Shown here: positions 1-7,963 of the stretch, piece after piece
How the letters are laid out: the number at the start of each line of letters is the position of its first letter
Numbering within the stretch: the first letter of the stretch is position 1
From: an uncultured virus (IMG/VR IMGVR_UViG_3300044796_000330)
Taxonomy: Duplodnaviria; Heunggongvirae; Uroviricota; Caudoviricetes
Length of the DNA: 20,000 bases
Virus record (IMG/VR): IMGVR_UViG_3300044796_000330
Direction: 5' to 3' (one strand)
The notes under the pieces: model-generated
Databases searched by the model: none
Told to the model about the DNA's origin: nothing
What the model saw: the letters and a program-made list of their open reading frames with translations, nothing else
Made by a program: the position numbers and the translations under genes

Positions 1-8
1 AAGCGCCT

Positions 9-170
9 ATGAAAAACAAAATCTACGAGGTCGTGAATTATCTTGTTGGGGTTGTTGCCCTATACATCATAGGATACAGCTATATGTTTTACAGTAGGGT
101 TGGTAATTTTGTGGCGGGGTTTCTGCCAAAGAAAAAGATCGAAGAAAAGGTTAGGAAGAAAAGCAAATGA
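9..170 (+). CDS. Small membrane protein (53 aa), not in the ORF track
   Basis: Manual translation gives MKNKIYEVVNYLVGVVALYIIGYSYMFYSRVGNFVAGFLPKKKIEEKVRKKSK, with one hydrophobic segment and a basic tail. Its stop overlaps the next start (ATGA at 167-170). Confidence 0.65.
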   Translation: MKNKIYEVVNYLVGVVALYIIGYSYMFYSRVGNFVAGFLPKKKIEEKVRKKSK

Positions 171-913
171 CAAAGCAATGCGTCTGTTTCGGTGGTGGAG
201 AAGTTGGCGGTAATAATCCGTGGAACGATCTCTATGTAATTGCACAATCGCAAAAGAAGCTTCCAAAGGTTTGCCTATTGCCTACTGCTTCGTCTGACAA
301 CAGAGGGCTCATCAACTACTTTATGCAATCGTATGATAGATACCCTTGCGTTCCTTCCTATCTCGAACTATTCTCACCGAGTGTGCGCGATCTTGAAGGG
401 TTCATTATGGATCAGGATATTATCGTAGTGACTGGCGGCCAGAGTAAAAGTATGCTTGGTATATGGCGTGAATGGGGCGTCGATAAATATCTGAAGAAGG
501 CCTATGATAACGGAACGATTATGTCCGGTGGTTCTGCGGGAGCCGTTTGCTGGTTCGAAAGTTGCATAACAGATTCATTTCCAGGCGCTCTTTCCGTAAT
601 GCCAGCGCTTGGTTTTTTGAGCGGTTCGTTCTCTCCTCATTTTTCAAGCCAAGAAAGACGCTCCACATACCACAAGTTCCTCGCGTCAGGTGAGATTCAG
701 GCGGGCTTTGCCGCTGATGACGGTGCAGGCCTGCACTTCGTCGATGGCGAGCTTCTCCGGGCGATTAGCGCCTATCCTCACGCCCAAGCCCACGCCCTCA
801 GAGTCGTCGATGGCGCCTCAAGGCGAGATCCAATTCCAACCGCTTGGCTCGAAATGCCGGAAGCTCAGGATGAGCTTATTTGGAAATCGAAACCGTTCTC
901 TAACGAGCAATAG
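167..913 (+). CDS. Peptidase family S51 (peptidase E/YgaJ-like, class I glutamine amidotransferase fold)
   Basis: Motifs LLPTAS, VTGGQS, nucleophile elbow GGSAGA (Ser), PHF (His) and ADDGAGLHF. Length 248 aa. Confidence 0.9.
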   Translation: MTKQCVCFGGGEVGGNNPWNDLYVIAQSQKKLPKVCLLPTASSDNRGLINYFMQSYDRYPCVPSYLELFSPSVRDLEGFIMDQDIIVVTGGQSKSMLGIWREWGVDKYLKKAYDNGTIMSGGSAGAVCWFESCITDSFPGALSVMPALGFLSGSFSPHFSSQERRSTYHKFLASGEIQAGFAADDGAGLHFVDGELLRAISAYPHAQAHALRVVDGASRRDPIPTAWLEMPEAQDELIWKSKPFSNEQ

Positions 914-921
914 ACTCACCA

Positions 922-1656
922 ATGACGATGCTGCTTATCATAACTCCAAACAACGAGGAAAGCTCCAATTCGGTTGAGGTTTATGCCAGGCAACTTGGTT
1001 GGGCTGTTCATAAAGCGTCTCCAACTGGACGAATTCCGGCTATACTGCAAGGTCTGCCCGGAACCGTATATGGCGAGCCTATTTTCTGCGAAATTGTGGC
1101 GGCTCAAATGGGCTGGCATTTGCACAAGAATGATATCCACTGGATCACAACTTTGCCAAAACCATTCGTTAAGAGAAACATCGTCGTCTCTGATGTGAAA
1201 TTTGCACGAACAATCAGAACACCGAAATTTATTGCACCAATAGATTGTGGGCTTTTTGTTCCCAAGGTTTATCAATCAGGCAGCGATCTTCCTGTCGTGC
1301 ATTCAATAGAAGACAGCAAGGTAATCATATCTGATATCGTTGATTTCAGATCAGAGTATCGAGCTTTTATTAAGGGCAGGGAAGTTGTTGCTGTGTGCTG
1401 CACGAAATACCTTAAACGAGCAACAAGGCAAGTTAATTGGAACGAACACGGAGATGTGGTTGCAACATTCGTCAATAGCCTTTTAAGGGACAGGGATGTG
1501 GCTTGTGCGCCCGGAACAGTTATTGATGTGGGAATGACATATAGTGGGTCTATGCTCATCATCAAATCTTCTCCCGCATGGACAACTAAACTTCACGGTT
1601 GCGAACCAGCAGCAGCTCTCGATGTGATGCGAGATAGTTGCGAAATGTTAAACTAA
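922..1656 (+). CDS. R2K/DUF4343-type ATP-grasp family protein, probably catalytically degenerate
   Basis: Family-like blocks: YGEPIF, WITTLP..FVKRNI, ISDIVDFRSEYRAFI, VIDVG and AW...HGCEP. The expected FxKP reads FIAP and the expected ExN reads KSS. Confidence 0.7.
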   Translation: MTMLLIITPNNEESSNSVEVYARQLGWAVHKASPTGRIPAILQGLPGTVYGEPIFCEIVAAQMGWHLHKNDIHWITTLPKPFVKRNIVVSDVKFARTIRTPKFIAPIDCGLFVPKVYQSGSDLPVVHSIEDSKVIISDIVDFRSEYRAFIKGREVVAVCCTKYLKRATRQVNWNEHGDVVATFVNSLLRDRDVACAPGTVIDVGMTYSGSMLIIKSSPAWTTKLHGCEPAAALDVMRDSCEMLN

Positions 1657-1675
1657 CACAGGAACTCAGAATAAA

Positions 1676-2536
1676 ATGGCAGCAGGAGACTACACGCAGA
1701 TTGTCAAATTTCTCGAACACATTGGATCTCACAGACCCAAGAAGTTCCCGAAATTCTTCTACTACAAATCAGATCTTGTCTGCCTTGTGTTGGCAAACAA
1801 GATGTTTGACTTGCCAATTGTTCTCAATCGATACAAGAACCACGATCATCTGTTCATTCAGTTCGATGCGAATGAAAAGACAGCGTTGTTCTATGCTTTT
1901 GACATAAGGGAATATACAACAGGAGAGCACTGCAATGAGGAGCACGGCGCGATAGATTGGAATACGATAGAGAACTCCTTTATGCGGTTCCTAAATATGA
2001 ATCTCAAGGAGCTATCAAGTTCCTCGATGCCGTATTCGGATGTTGCCGGAACAACCGGAAAAACATCAACGGTCAAAACAGAATCACAAAAAACATATGG
2101 ACCGACACCAGCACCCATGTATGAGCACGTGTATGGGCATCATCGTGGATACCGTAGATATGCTGCTCATGGCCAGCAGTCTAATTACGGATACAATTTC
2201 AACTCGGATACCTACAAGCAGAGATGTGCCTTCACTGATAAATTGGAAGCATATTCCAAGGAATACAAAACATCCGCGGCCACGGAATTCATTAGTGTAG
2301 AGATGTCTAAGCTAATTGAGGACAAGAATTACGATGTAATCGATGCGATTTTCAGATATGTATTCATTGACAAGATGAATCTTCTAACAATGAGGGCAAT
2401 GCTTTCGAGCACCTCGTCGCTCACAAAATCTCGTGGGAGAGATGAGTTTCTCGAAAAGTTCAAGACATATGTGAATAAAGTGAAGCCATCTATGGCTAAT
2501 GGTATATTGAAAGGTATTGAACAAGCAAATGTTTGA
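1676..2536 (+). CDS. Hypothetical protein with two domains joined by a Ser/Thr/Tyr/Gly-rich linker
   Basis: 286-aa ORF. Its stop overlaps the start of the next gene. Confidence 0.8.
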   Translation: MAAGDYTQIVKFLEHIGSHRPKKFPKFFYYKSDLVCLVLANKMFDLPIVLNRYKNHDHLFIQFDANEKTALFYAFDIREYTTGEHCNEEHGAIDWNTIENSFMRFLNMNLKELSSSSMPYSDVAGTTGKTSTVKTESQKTYGPTPAPMYEHVYGHHRGYRRYAAHGQQSNYGYNFNSDTYKQRCAFTDKLEAYSKEYKTSAATEFISVEMSKLIEDKNYDVIDAIFRYVFIDKMNLLTMRAMLSSTSSLTKSRGRDEFLEKFKTYVNKVKPSMANGILKGIEQANV

Positions 2537-3251
2537 CACATCTGAGATCAAGAAGAAAAAGAAGTGGCCAGATTTTATACGGAATTCTCCGGCCACACAA
2601 ATAAAAACAATCGAGAAGGCATTTGAAAAGATAGGATTGGCTGATTGCGAGGAAAATGTCGATCGTGTCATAACTTTGCGTGGGGTGAAGAAGCGCGGAG
2701 AGAAGAAAGCACAAAAAGCACAGCAGATCGGCAATCTTCGTATCGTCTTTTCATCGAAGCCTTGGGATATCGCTACGATGAGTATGCGCGGTATTGAATC
2801 CTGTCAGAGGTGGTCATCTAACGCTCATAGAAACGCTCTTGTTGGATCTATGATTGATCCTTATGCTGGAATTATCTACCTTACGGATGGTAAGGGTGGC
2901 GGCAAGGGAAAACGTATGTTTGCCCGTGCTGTGGTTAGAATTATCGCGGATAAGATAATTGGAACACCATACCTCTTCTTGGAGACAGTATATCTCAATG
3001 ATAAAGTTATACCATACTATGGGACTTACGATAGTATCTATAACGCCTTTGCATCTTTTCTGCGAAAAAAGACAAGGAATATGACGATATTGGATCGCAA
3101 GTATGTGGCTGGAATCGGAATACCTACGTCAGACCACATTAGGAAACTTCCGGGTAGATACTTATCTTATCGAGATAGTCATCTATCATACATTCCTTCC
3201 ACAAAATTTCGCAAGGAATTCAAGAAGATAGAAGCGCTAATTGACGTTTAA
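2529..3251 (+). CDS. Hypothetical phage protein (WDIATMSMRG..SC motif)
   Basis: Long ORF, with ATG at 2529 overlapping the upstream stop. The pattern TMS..G..SC, IIYL, ARAVVR, LETVY resembles an uncharacterised phage family, by recall only. Confidence 0.75.
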   Translation: MFDTSEIKKKKKWPDFIRNSPATQIKTIEKAFEKIGLADCEENVDRVITLRGVKKRGEKKAQKAQQIGNLRIVFSSKPWDIATMSMRGIESCQRWSSNAHRNALVGSMIDPYAGIIYLTDGKGGGKGKRMFARAVVRIIADKIIGTPYLFLETVYLNDKVIPYYGTYDSIYNAFASFLRKKTRNMTILDRKYVAGIGIPTSDHIRKLPGRYLSYRDSHLSYIPSTKFRKEFKKIEALIDV

Positions 3252-3352
3252 CGATTTCTGGGCATTCTACTGCATTTTCTTATGCAGCATTCCTCAGGCA
3301 CCGCTAAATCGACTCTATTTTGGCAACAACTCAACGGAATACTCTCTATCAT
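3248..3352 (-). CDS. Possible Cys-rich micropeptide (34 aa)
   Basis: MIESIPLSCCQNRVDLAVPEECCIRKCSRMPRNR. It fills the intergenic gap, its stop overlaps the convergent gene's stop (TTAA at 3248-3251), and an AGGGA lies upstream. Confidence 0.3.
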   Translation of the reverse strand: MIESIPLSCCQNRVDLAVPEECCIRKCSRMPRNR

Positions 3353-3385
3353 TGGGATATTGATTTCCCTATTAGCATTGTTCAT

Positions 3386-3874
3386 ATGAGTTTCACAATG
3401 AAAAAGACAAGCAAGAAAAAAGTGAATCTGACCTACGAAGATAAGTTGGAGCTATTTGAATCTGATTTGTATAATGCAATGGACAAATGGATTATGTCTG
3501 GTAGGAAAATTTCCTCCTGTTTGGGGGATTTTTATGTGAATACGAGGAATCGAACAGTTTTCTGCAATCCTTTTGCGGCTCTTATTGTGCAAAACAAAAT
3601 CAAGATCAGGTGTGTATATTTATCTGGCAGGGATATAGACTACGATTCAACGATTAGAAATACACTCGCGCAAGCATACGGTCTTCCCAATATCTTTGTT
3701 CGTGGCTACGAACGAGGATTTGTGAGTCCAGCAATGACTTCGAAAGAATACCTAAAAGGATACCTGCCTGTTTCGGAAAACGATCTTGATGTCCTTCACG
3801 ATGGGGCTAAGAGAGGACAATCTCTTGCCTTGGCGACCTCTCACATACTCTACAACGTCTACAACGACGGATGA
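3386..3874 (+). CDS. Hypothetical protein
   Basis: Open frame with an ATG at 3386 or 3398, preferred over the TTG at 3320. ATGA overlap with the iscA-like gene. Confidence 0.7.
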   Translation: MSFTMKKTSKKKVNLTYEDKLELFESDLYNAMDKWIMSGRKISSCLGDFYVNTRNRTVFCNPFAALIVQNKIKIRCVYLSGRDIDYDSTIRNTLAQAYGLPNIFVRGYERGFVSPAMTSKEYLKGYLPVSENDLDVLHDGAKRGQSLALATSHILYNVYNDG

Positions 3875-4191
3875 TTACGATTACAGATAAAGCCGTGGAA
3901 AAGCTTAAAGAATTCGCAGATAGCGAAGGCTTATCTTTGTCCGTAAGGGTGAAGATATTAGGCGGTGGGTGCTCAGGCTATTTGACAGACTTCTCATTCG
4001 ACGAAGCTGCAATCGATACCGATGAATTATTTGAAGATAAGGGAATCAGAATTATCGTGGATATGTTATCCAACCAATATTTAGAAAGCACAGTCATAGA
4101 TTACAGTGAAGGTGTATTTGAAAGCGGATTTGTGTTTATCAATCCGAATGAAACTGGCCGATGTGGCTGCGGCAAAAGTGTTGCATTTTAG
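3871..4191 (+). CDS. iscA: A-type iron-sulfur cluster carrier protein (IscA/ErpA/HesB family)
   Basis: MITITDKA start, GGGCSG motif, IDY, F.FINPN and terminal CGCGKS. All three conserved Cys are present. Length 106 aa. Confidence 0.95.
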   Translation: MITITDKAVEKLKEFADSEGLSLSVRVKILGGGCSGYLTDFSFDEAAIDTDELFEDKGIRIIVDMLSNQYLESTVIDYSEGVFESGFVFINPNETGRCGCGKSVAF

Positions 4192-4203
4192 AAAGACAAT
4201 TAC

Positions 4204-4584
4204 CTGAATAACGAAGAACTTCGACTGAAGCTTATCGAGACGTTTGCCCATACGACTTATAACCTCGTTGAGCCGAGTGAAGATATCTATAAGGAGGTTG
4301 AATCAACGTTCCTCAGCTATATTGTTGGATCTCTGAGAGTTGCTATCGAAAACGATAATGACAGCATTATACTCGACACTTTGCCTCTCATAAATACACA
4401 AATACCATATAAGCAACAACATAGGCATTGGGTGGCGTATGCACCTGGAATAACTCATAAACTTATGAGTCTTGGCGTTCCATTTGTTCGTAGGGATTAT
4501 ACCTCTGGTAGTGTGCAATTCGAATTATTCGTGGATGAATTGAAATCGTTCTGCGATGCCGAAAAGATGGGTATGCTACTATGA
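4204..4584 (+). CDS. Hypothetical protein with uncertain start (CTG 4204 or TTG 4381)
   Basis: The frame is open from 4192 to 4584 and reads like protein throughout. ATGA overlap with the next gene. Confidence 0.55.
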   Translation: MNNEELRLKLIETFAHTTYNLVEPSEDIYKEVESTFLSYIVGSLRVAIENDNDSIILDTLPLINTQIPYKQQHRHWVAYAPGITHKLMSLGVPFVRRDYTSGSVQFELFVDELKSFCDAEKMGMLL

Positions 4585-4918
4585 GTAAGAAGGAGCAAAA
4601 CCAATACTTCAAATGCTTCAGCAAGATTCGTCCAGGCGATAGCGTTATCATTTGGTTGAATGCCTTCGGTTGTTATTCAAATGAGGAGCATCATTTGTCA
4701 GAACCAATTCCTATTACTGGATATTATGAAGACTTCACACCGACCGTTCTACTTGAAACAGATTATAGATACGGGTTTCCAGCCTGGGAAGACTCAAAGA
4801 AGGGCGGACGTGGGCAAAATACTCCGCCAACGTAGGCACGCACGCATATGCAAGATGGACAAATGGGCATGCGGTGAGAGTAGCAAAGATTGTAAAGGGG
4901 CACAATGTCAAGACATAA
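4581..4918 (+). pseudogene. Frameshifted paralog of the gene at 5275..5646
   Basis: N-terminus EQNQYFKCFSKIRPGDSV aligns with EQANYKRCFRKIKLGDHV. The 0-frame stops at 4835, but the -1 frame (open 4769-4918) encodes NVGTHAYARW, which matches TAGTHEFQQW of the paralog. Confidence 0.6.
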
Positions 4919-5267
4919 CGAAGGAAGAGAATACGCAATCAAGGTTCTTGCAGAGAAGAATGAAGTTGTGCTTCACTGCAACGGCAATAGTATGAGACCA
5001 ATTATAGCACCGAAAGAAGCCATACTTATTCGTAAGGTGGCGCCGGAACTCCTCCGAGAGGGAGATGCTGTATTTTGTCGAATCAAGGGAGCGCTACAAG
5101 TGCATAAAATTACACACATCGACAGCAAACGAGGCCGTTGGGAAATTTCCAATAACCTTGGTTTCCGAAATGGAGAAATCGGCGCTGGTTCTATCTATGG
5201 ACTTGCTGTGAAGGTCGAAGATCGTGTTCTTGTGTCGGATGAGGAATTGGCAAAGCGAGCGCAGTAG
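4905..5267 (+). CDS. Stand-alone S24/S26-like peptidase domain protein
   Basis: GNSMRP (catalytic Ser), GDAVFC, VHKI and NN.G..NG...IYG. No HTH and no TM anchor. AAGGGG lies upstream. Confidence 0.75.
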   Translation: MSRHNEGREYAIKVLAEKNEVVLHCNGNSMRPIIAPKEAILIRKVAPELLREGDAVFCRIKGALQVHKITHIDSKRGRWEISNNLGFRNGEIGAGSIYGLAVKVEDRVLVSDEELAKRAQ

Positions 5268-5274
5268 TTAGTAA

Positions 5275-5646
5275 ATGACTCCACAGGAACAAGCAAATTA
5301 CAAACGCTGTTTTCGCAAGATTAAGCTTGGCGATCACGTGCGTGTGTATATCCAAAATGGATATCCATCTCTGAATAAAGGAGATAATGTCTCGTCTTGG
5401 TTAGAGGTTGTTGCGTTGTTTATGAGTCGCGGATTTGTAGAGGCCATCAATGTTGAGAGCAACGATAACTATGACTTCAATCTAATTGATAAGGTTAGTC
5501 ACGTAGCAAGAATGCGCAATCAACATAACTACATTGTATCAGATACCGCTGGAACGCACGAGTTTCAACAGTGGCTTTACTATGACGCAGAGACCGGGCT
5601 TATTTCTGATATCAGGAAAAAAGCAATCAAGGAGATAACAATGTGA
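5275..5646 (+). CDS. Hypothetical protein (paralog of 4581..4918)
   Basis: 123-aa ORF sharing motifs with the upstream paralog. Confidence 0.75.
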   Translation: MTPQEQANYKRCFRKIKLGDHVRVYIQNGYPSLNKGDNVSSWLEVVALFMSRGFVEAINVESNDNYDFNLIDKVSHVARMRNQHNYIVSDTAGTHEFQQWLYYDAETGLISDIRKKAIKEITM

Positions 5647-7606
5647 AGGCCGTACTCCACCAACTAGCAGAAGTAGAACTGCTATAAACCTGAATAGCAA
5701 CTGTGTGTGAGTTTCCTGGCGTCAGTCCAGTAAATGGATATGTGCTATTCATTGTTTGTGAGCCTACGAAATTAACATTCTGAACCAATGTAGATGGACT
5801 TGCGACAACGGAGTCCAATAACATCCTTGTTTGAAGTTGAATATTGGCGGCAGATGTTTGGCAGTATGCCGAGAAATGTGCTATAATGGATCCGCTTGAC
5901 CCAATAGTAATGCTCGCTTGTGCAAGCGTCTGGAACACAGCCGTTCCTTGGAGAGTGTTTCCTACCGATGTTGCCACTTTACCTGCTGGTGGCTGATTGC
6001 AAGTTATCGTTGTTCCATCATAGTTAACTGTATATATGCTTGCCGTTGGCCCTGAAATTACGGTAGATGATGCCCCGGCCTCAATAATAATGGCAGTTGA
6101 TATGCTGATATTCGGCACCTGCGTCAGATCAAGAATCTTGGTATATCCACCGGCATGATTCGGGAAAATGATGGTAATGATATTACCAACTGCCCCACCG
6201 TTAGTAACGGTTCCTGACATTCTAATACAGTAGCAGTTGTATTGAGTATTGCTTAATGTTAGTTGGTATGTGCTATTCACAACGGTCGTTGGAACCGTAA
6301 CATTGGCGATACCGAAGCAAAGTGGATTGTTAGTTGCCGAGTCTCCGACTAATGGAGCATCAAGAACGTTGGTTCCATTTTGAACTTGAAGTGCTAATGC
6401 ACCATTCCCATCGTATAGTTTAAGAGTTCCATTATTTGCTGTATTAAAGGATGCTCCTGGTTGTATGGAAATGCTTCCACCCGATGCAGTCGATGCATTG
6501 GACACACCACCTCTAATTAAGAGTCCCCCGCCAGTACAAGCGCTGGTTCCGCCCGTTCCGCCCTGACCGCCTTCCAAAATCAGTAATCCACCACCACCGG
6601 CAGTTCCGCCAGCTCCGGCGATAATGTTGATTTGGCCACCCTGCAAACTGGTTGAAGCCCCGCCATAGATATTAACGTTCGTCCCAAAAACCCCGGTTGG
6701 CACTGTTGCTGGCTGCAATTGGAAGTTAACACCAGAAGCTAAATTGGGGGTAAAATTCCAAGGTGATAAGGTTGCTGTTCCAAGCGATCCATATGACCCT
6801 GCTCCACCGAGACTCAGTGTTTGCGTCGTGTCGTTCCAAGAGATACCAAGTGATTGTAGGATTGTGCCAGAAATACTTCCGAAAAGAATTTGGCTTGGGG
6901 TTAATCCGCCAACAGCAGGTCCGGTAAGTCCCTGTAATCCGCTTGGTCCGACTCCCGAATTTGCCGGAACGGTTGCCGCAGGAGCCGCATTGCCAGTATA
7001 TCCAAGATTTTGTAGAACGACACTCGTTGTATTGGTAACAGAAATAACCTTATAGTATCCGCCGTTCGTAATATAAACAACTTCTCCAGCTACCATCCAG
7101 TTGGAAAGAACAACAGGAACTGAAATATTGGTCAGGATTGCTGGTTGAACAAAACTTCCGGTCGTTGTCGTATAAGATGAGGAATTCCCACCCCACAGCG
7201 GTGGAACGATATTTAGGCTGGCGAAATTTGCTTCAGAACTTGCGATTGTGGCTATAATTCCATTAACATATGGCGTGAATGTTGCGACAGACGGTATTGT
7301 GATGAATGGCGAGGCCGTATTTGATCCTGCCCAAAAACCAAAAGAGCCATTCATTATGCCAAAGGCCTGAACCTCATCAATTCTCGTTGATTTACCCCAA
7401 GCAATATCAAAAGTTTGAGCCCATGCTTGCGCTAATACGGAAAATTGAGAATAGTCCGCTACGGTCGTATCGGTATTGGTTACTTGAAAAGTAGTAATAC
7501 CTGACTGTGCCCCCTGAAAAGCAAGAGCATAAACATCCGGATTTATCGGACTATATGATGTTGGTGCTGCAACTGCTTCAGCTTGTGGTCCCTTTGCTCC
7601 TGCCAT
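5627..7606 (-). CDS. Putative virion fibre/structural protein (Gly/Thr/Ser-rich)
   Basis: 659 aa with very few charged residues, short collagen-like triplets (GPS GLQ GLT GPA), repeated GG-x-hydrophobic-x-GG units and a beta-rich C-terminal domain. GGAG RBS upstream. Confidence 0.7.
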   Translation of the reverse strand: MAGAKGPQAEAVAAPTSYSPINPDVYALAFQGAQSGITTFQVTNTDTTVADYSQFSVLAQAWAQTFDIAWGKSTRIDEVQAFGIMNGSFGFWAGSNTASPFITIPSVATFTPYVNGIIATIASSEANFASLNIVPPLWGGNSSSYTTTTGSFVQPAILTNISVPVVLSNWMVAGEVVYITNGGYYKVISVTNTTSVVLQNLGYTGNAAPAATVPANSGVGPSGLQGLTGPAVGGLTPSQILFGSISGTILQSLGISWNDTTQTLSLGGAGSYGSLGTATLSPWNFTPNLASGVNFQLQPATVPTGVFGTNVNIYGGASTSLQGGQINIIAGAGGTAGGGGLLILEGGQGGTGGTSACTGGGLLIRGGVSNASTASGGSISIQPGASFNTANNGTLKLYDGNGALALQVQNGTNVLDAPLVGDSATNNPLCFGIANVTVPTTVVNSTYQLTLSNTQYNCYCIRMSGTVTNGGAVGNIITIIFPNHAGGYTKILDLTQVPNISISTAIIIEAGASSTVISGPTASIYTVNYDGTTITCNQPPAGKVATSVGNTLQGTAVFQTLAQASITIGSSGSIIAHFSAYCQTSAANIQLQTRMLLDSVVASPSTLVQNVNFVGSQTMNSTYPFTGLTPGNSHTVAIQVYSSSTSASWWSTAFTLLSP

Positions 7607-7702
7607 ATGATATACTCCACAGTTAAATTCTGCTCAAATTCGCAGAGAACATAACTTAATCCCGTTTTATTACCATTGCTCTCAATAACAAGGCATTTTC
7701 AT

Positions 7703-7885
7703 ATGGATCTTAATTCCATAATAGCGTTAGCGGCTTCATATGAAAGCCAAGTTGGCAAATTAGCAGCATCTCACGATAAAGATAAGTTGCTAAAACAAGC
7801 AACCATCGCACAAGAATTAGCTAATAAATGCGCCCGTGTAGCGCGTGAATTATACACAAAATACACAGAAGGAATTAAATTTTAG
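7703..7885 (+). CDS. Small helical hypothetical protein (60 aa)
   Basis: ATG at 7703. Ala/Lys-rich helical sequence, divergent from the fibre-like gene. Confidence 0.6.
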   Translation: MDLNSIIALAASYESQVGKLAASHDKDKLLKQATIAQELANKCARVARELYTKYTEGIKF

Positions 7886-7963
7886 GCTAGGCAAATTAGC
7901 AGTGAGTTATCCAACTACCGAATAGTTTAGTTGTTGTTTTGGGCCTATTATTGTATATCAAGT

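Noticed and set aside
4773..4779. GGGTTTC as a -1 slippery heptamer
   Set aside because: It is read GGG TTT C in the coding frame, which is not the X XXY YYZ phase required for tandem slippage.
4660..4995. 111-aa + strand ORF from the track
   Set aside because: It overlaps two better-supported genes, and the paralog homology lies in the other two frames.
6480..6680. Gly-rich stretch as a PE-PGRS gene or DNA tandem repeat
   Set aside because: There is no PE domain and no exact nucleotide periodicity. It is a protein-level repeat within a fibre-like gene.
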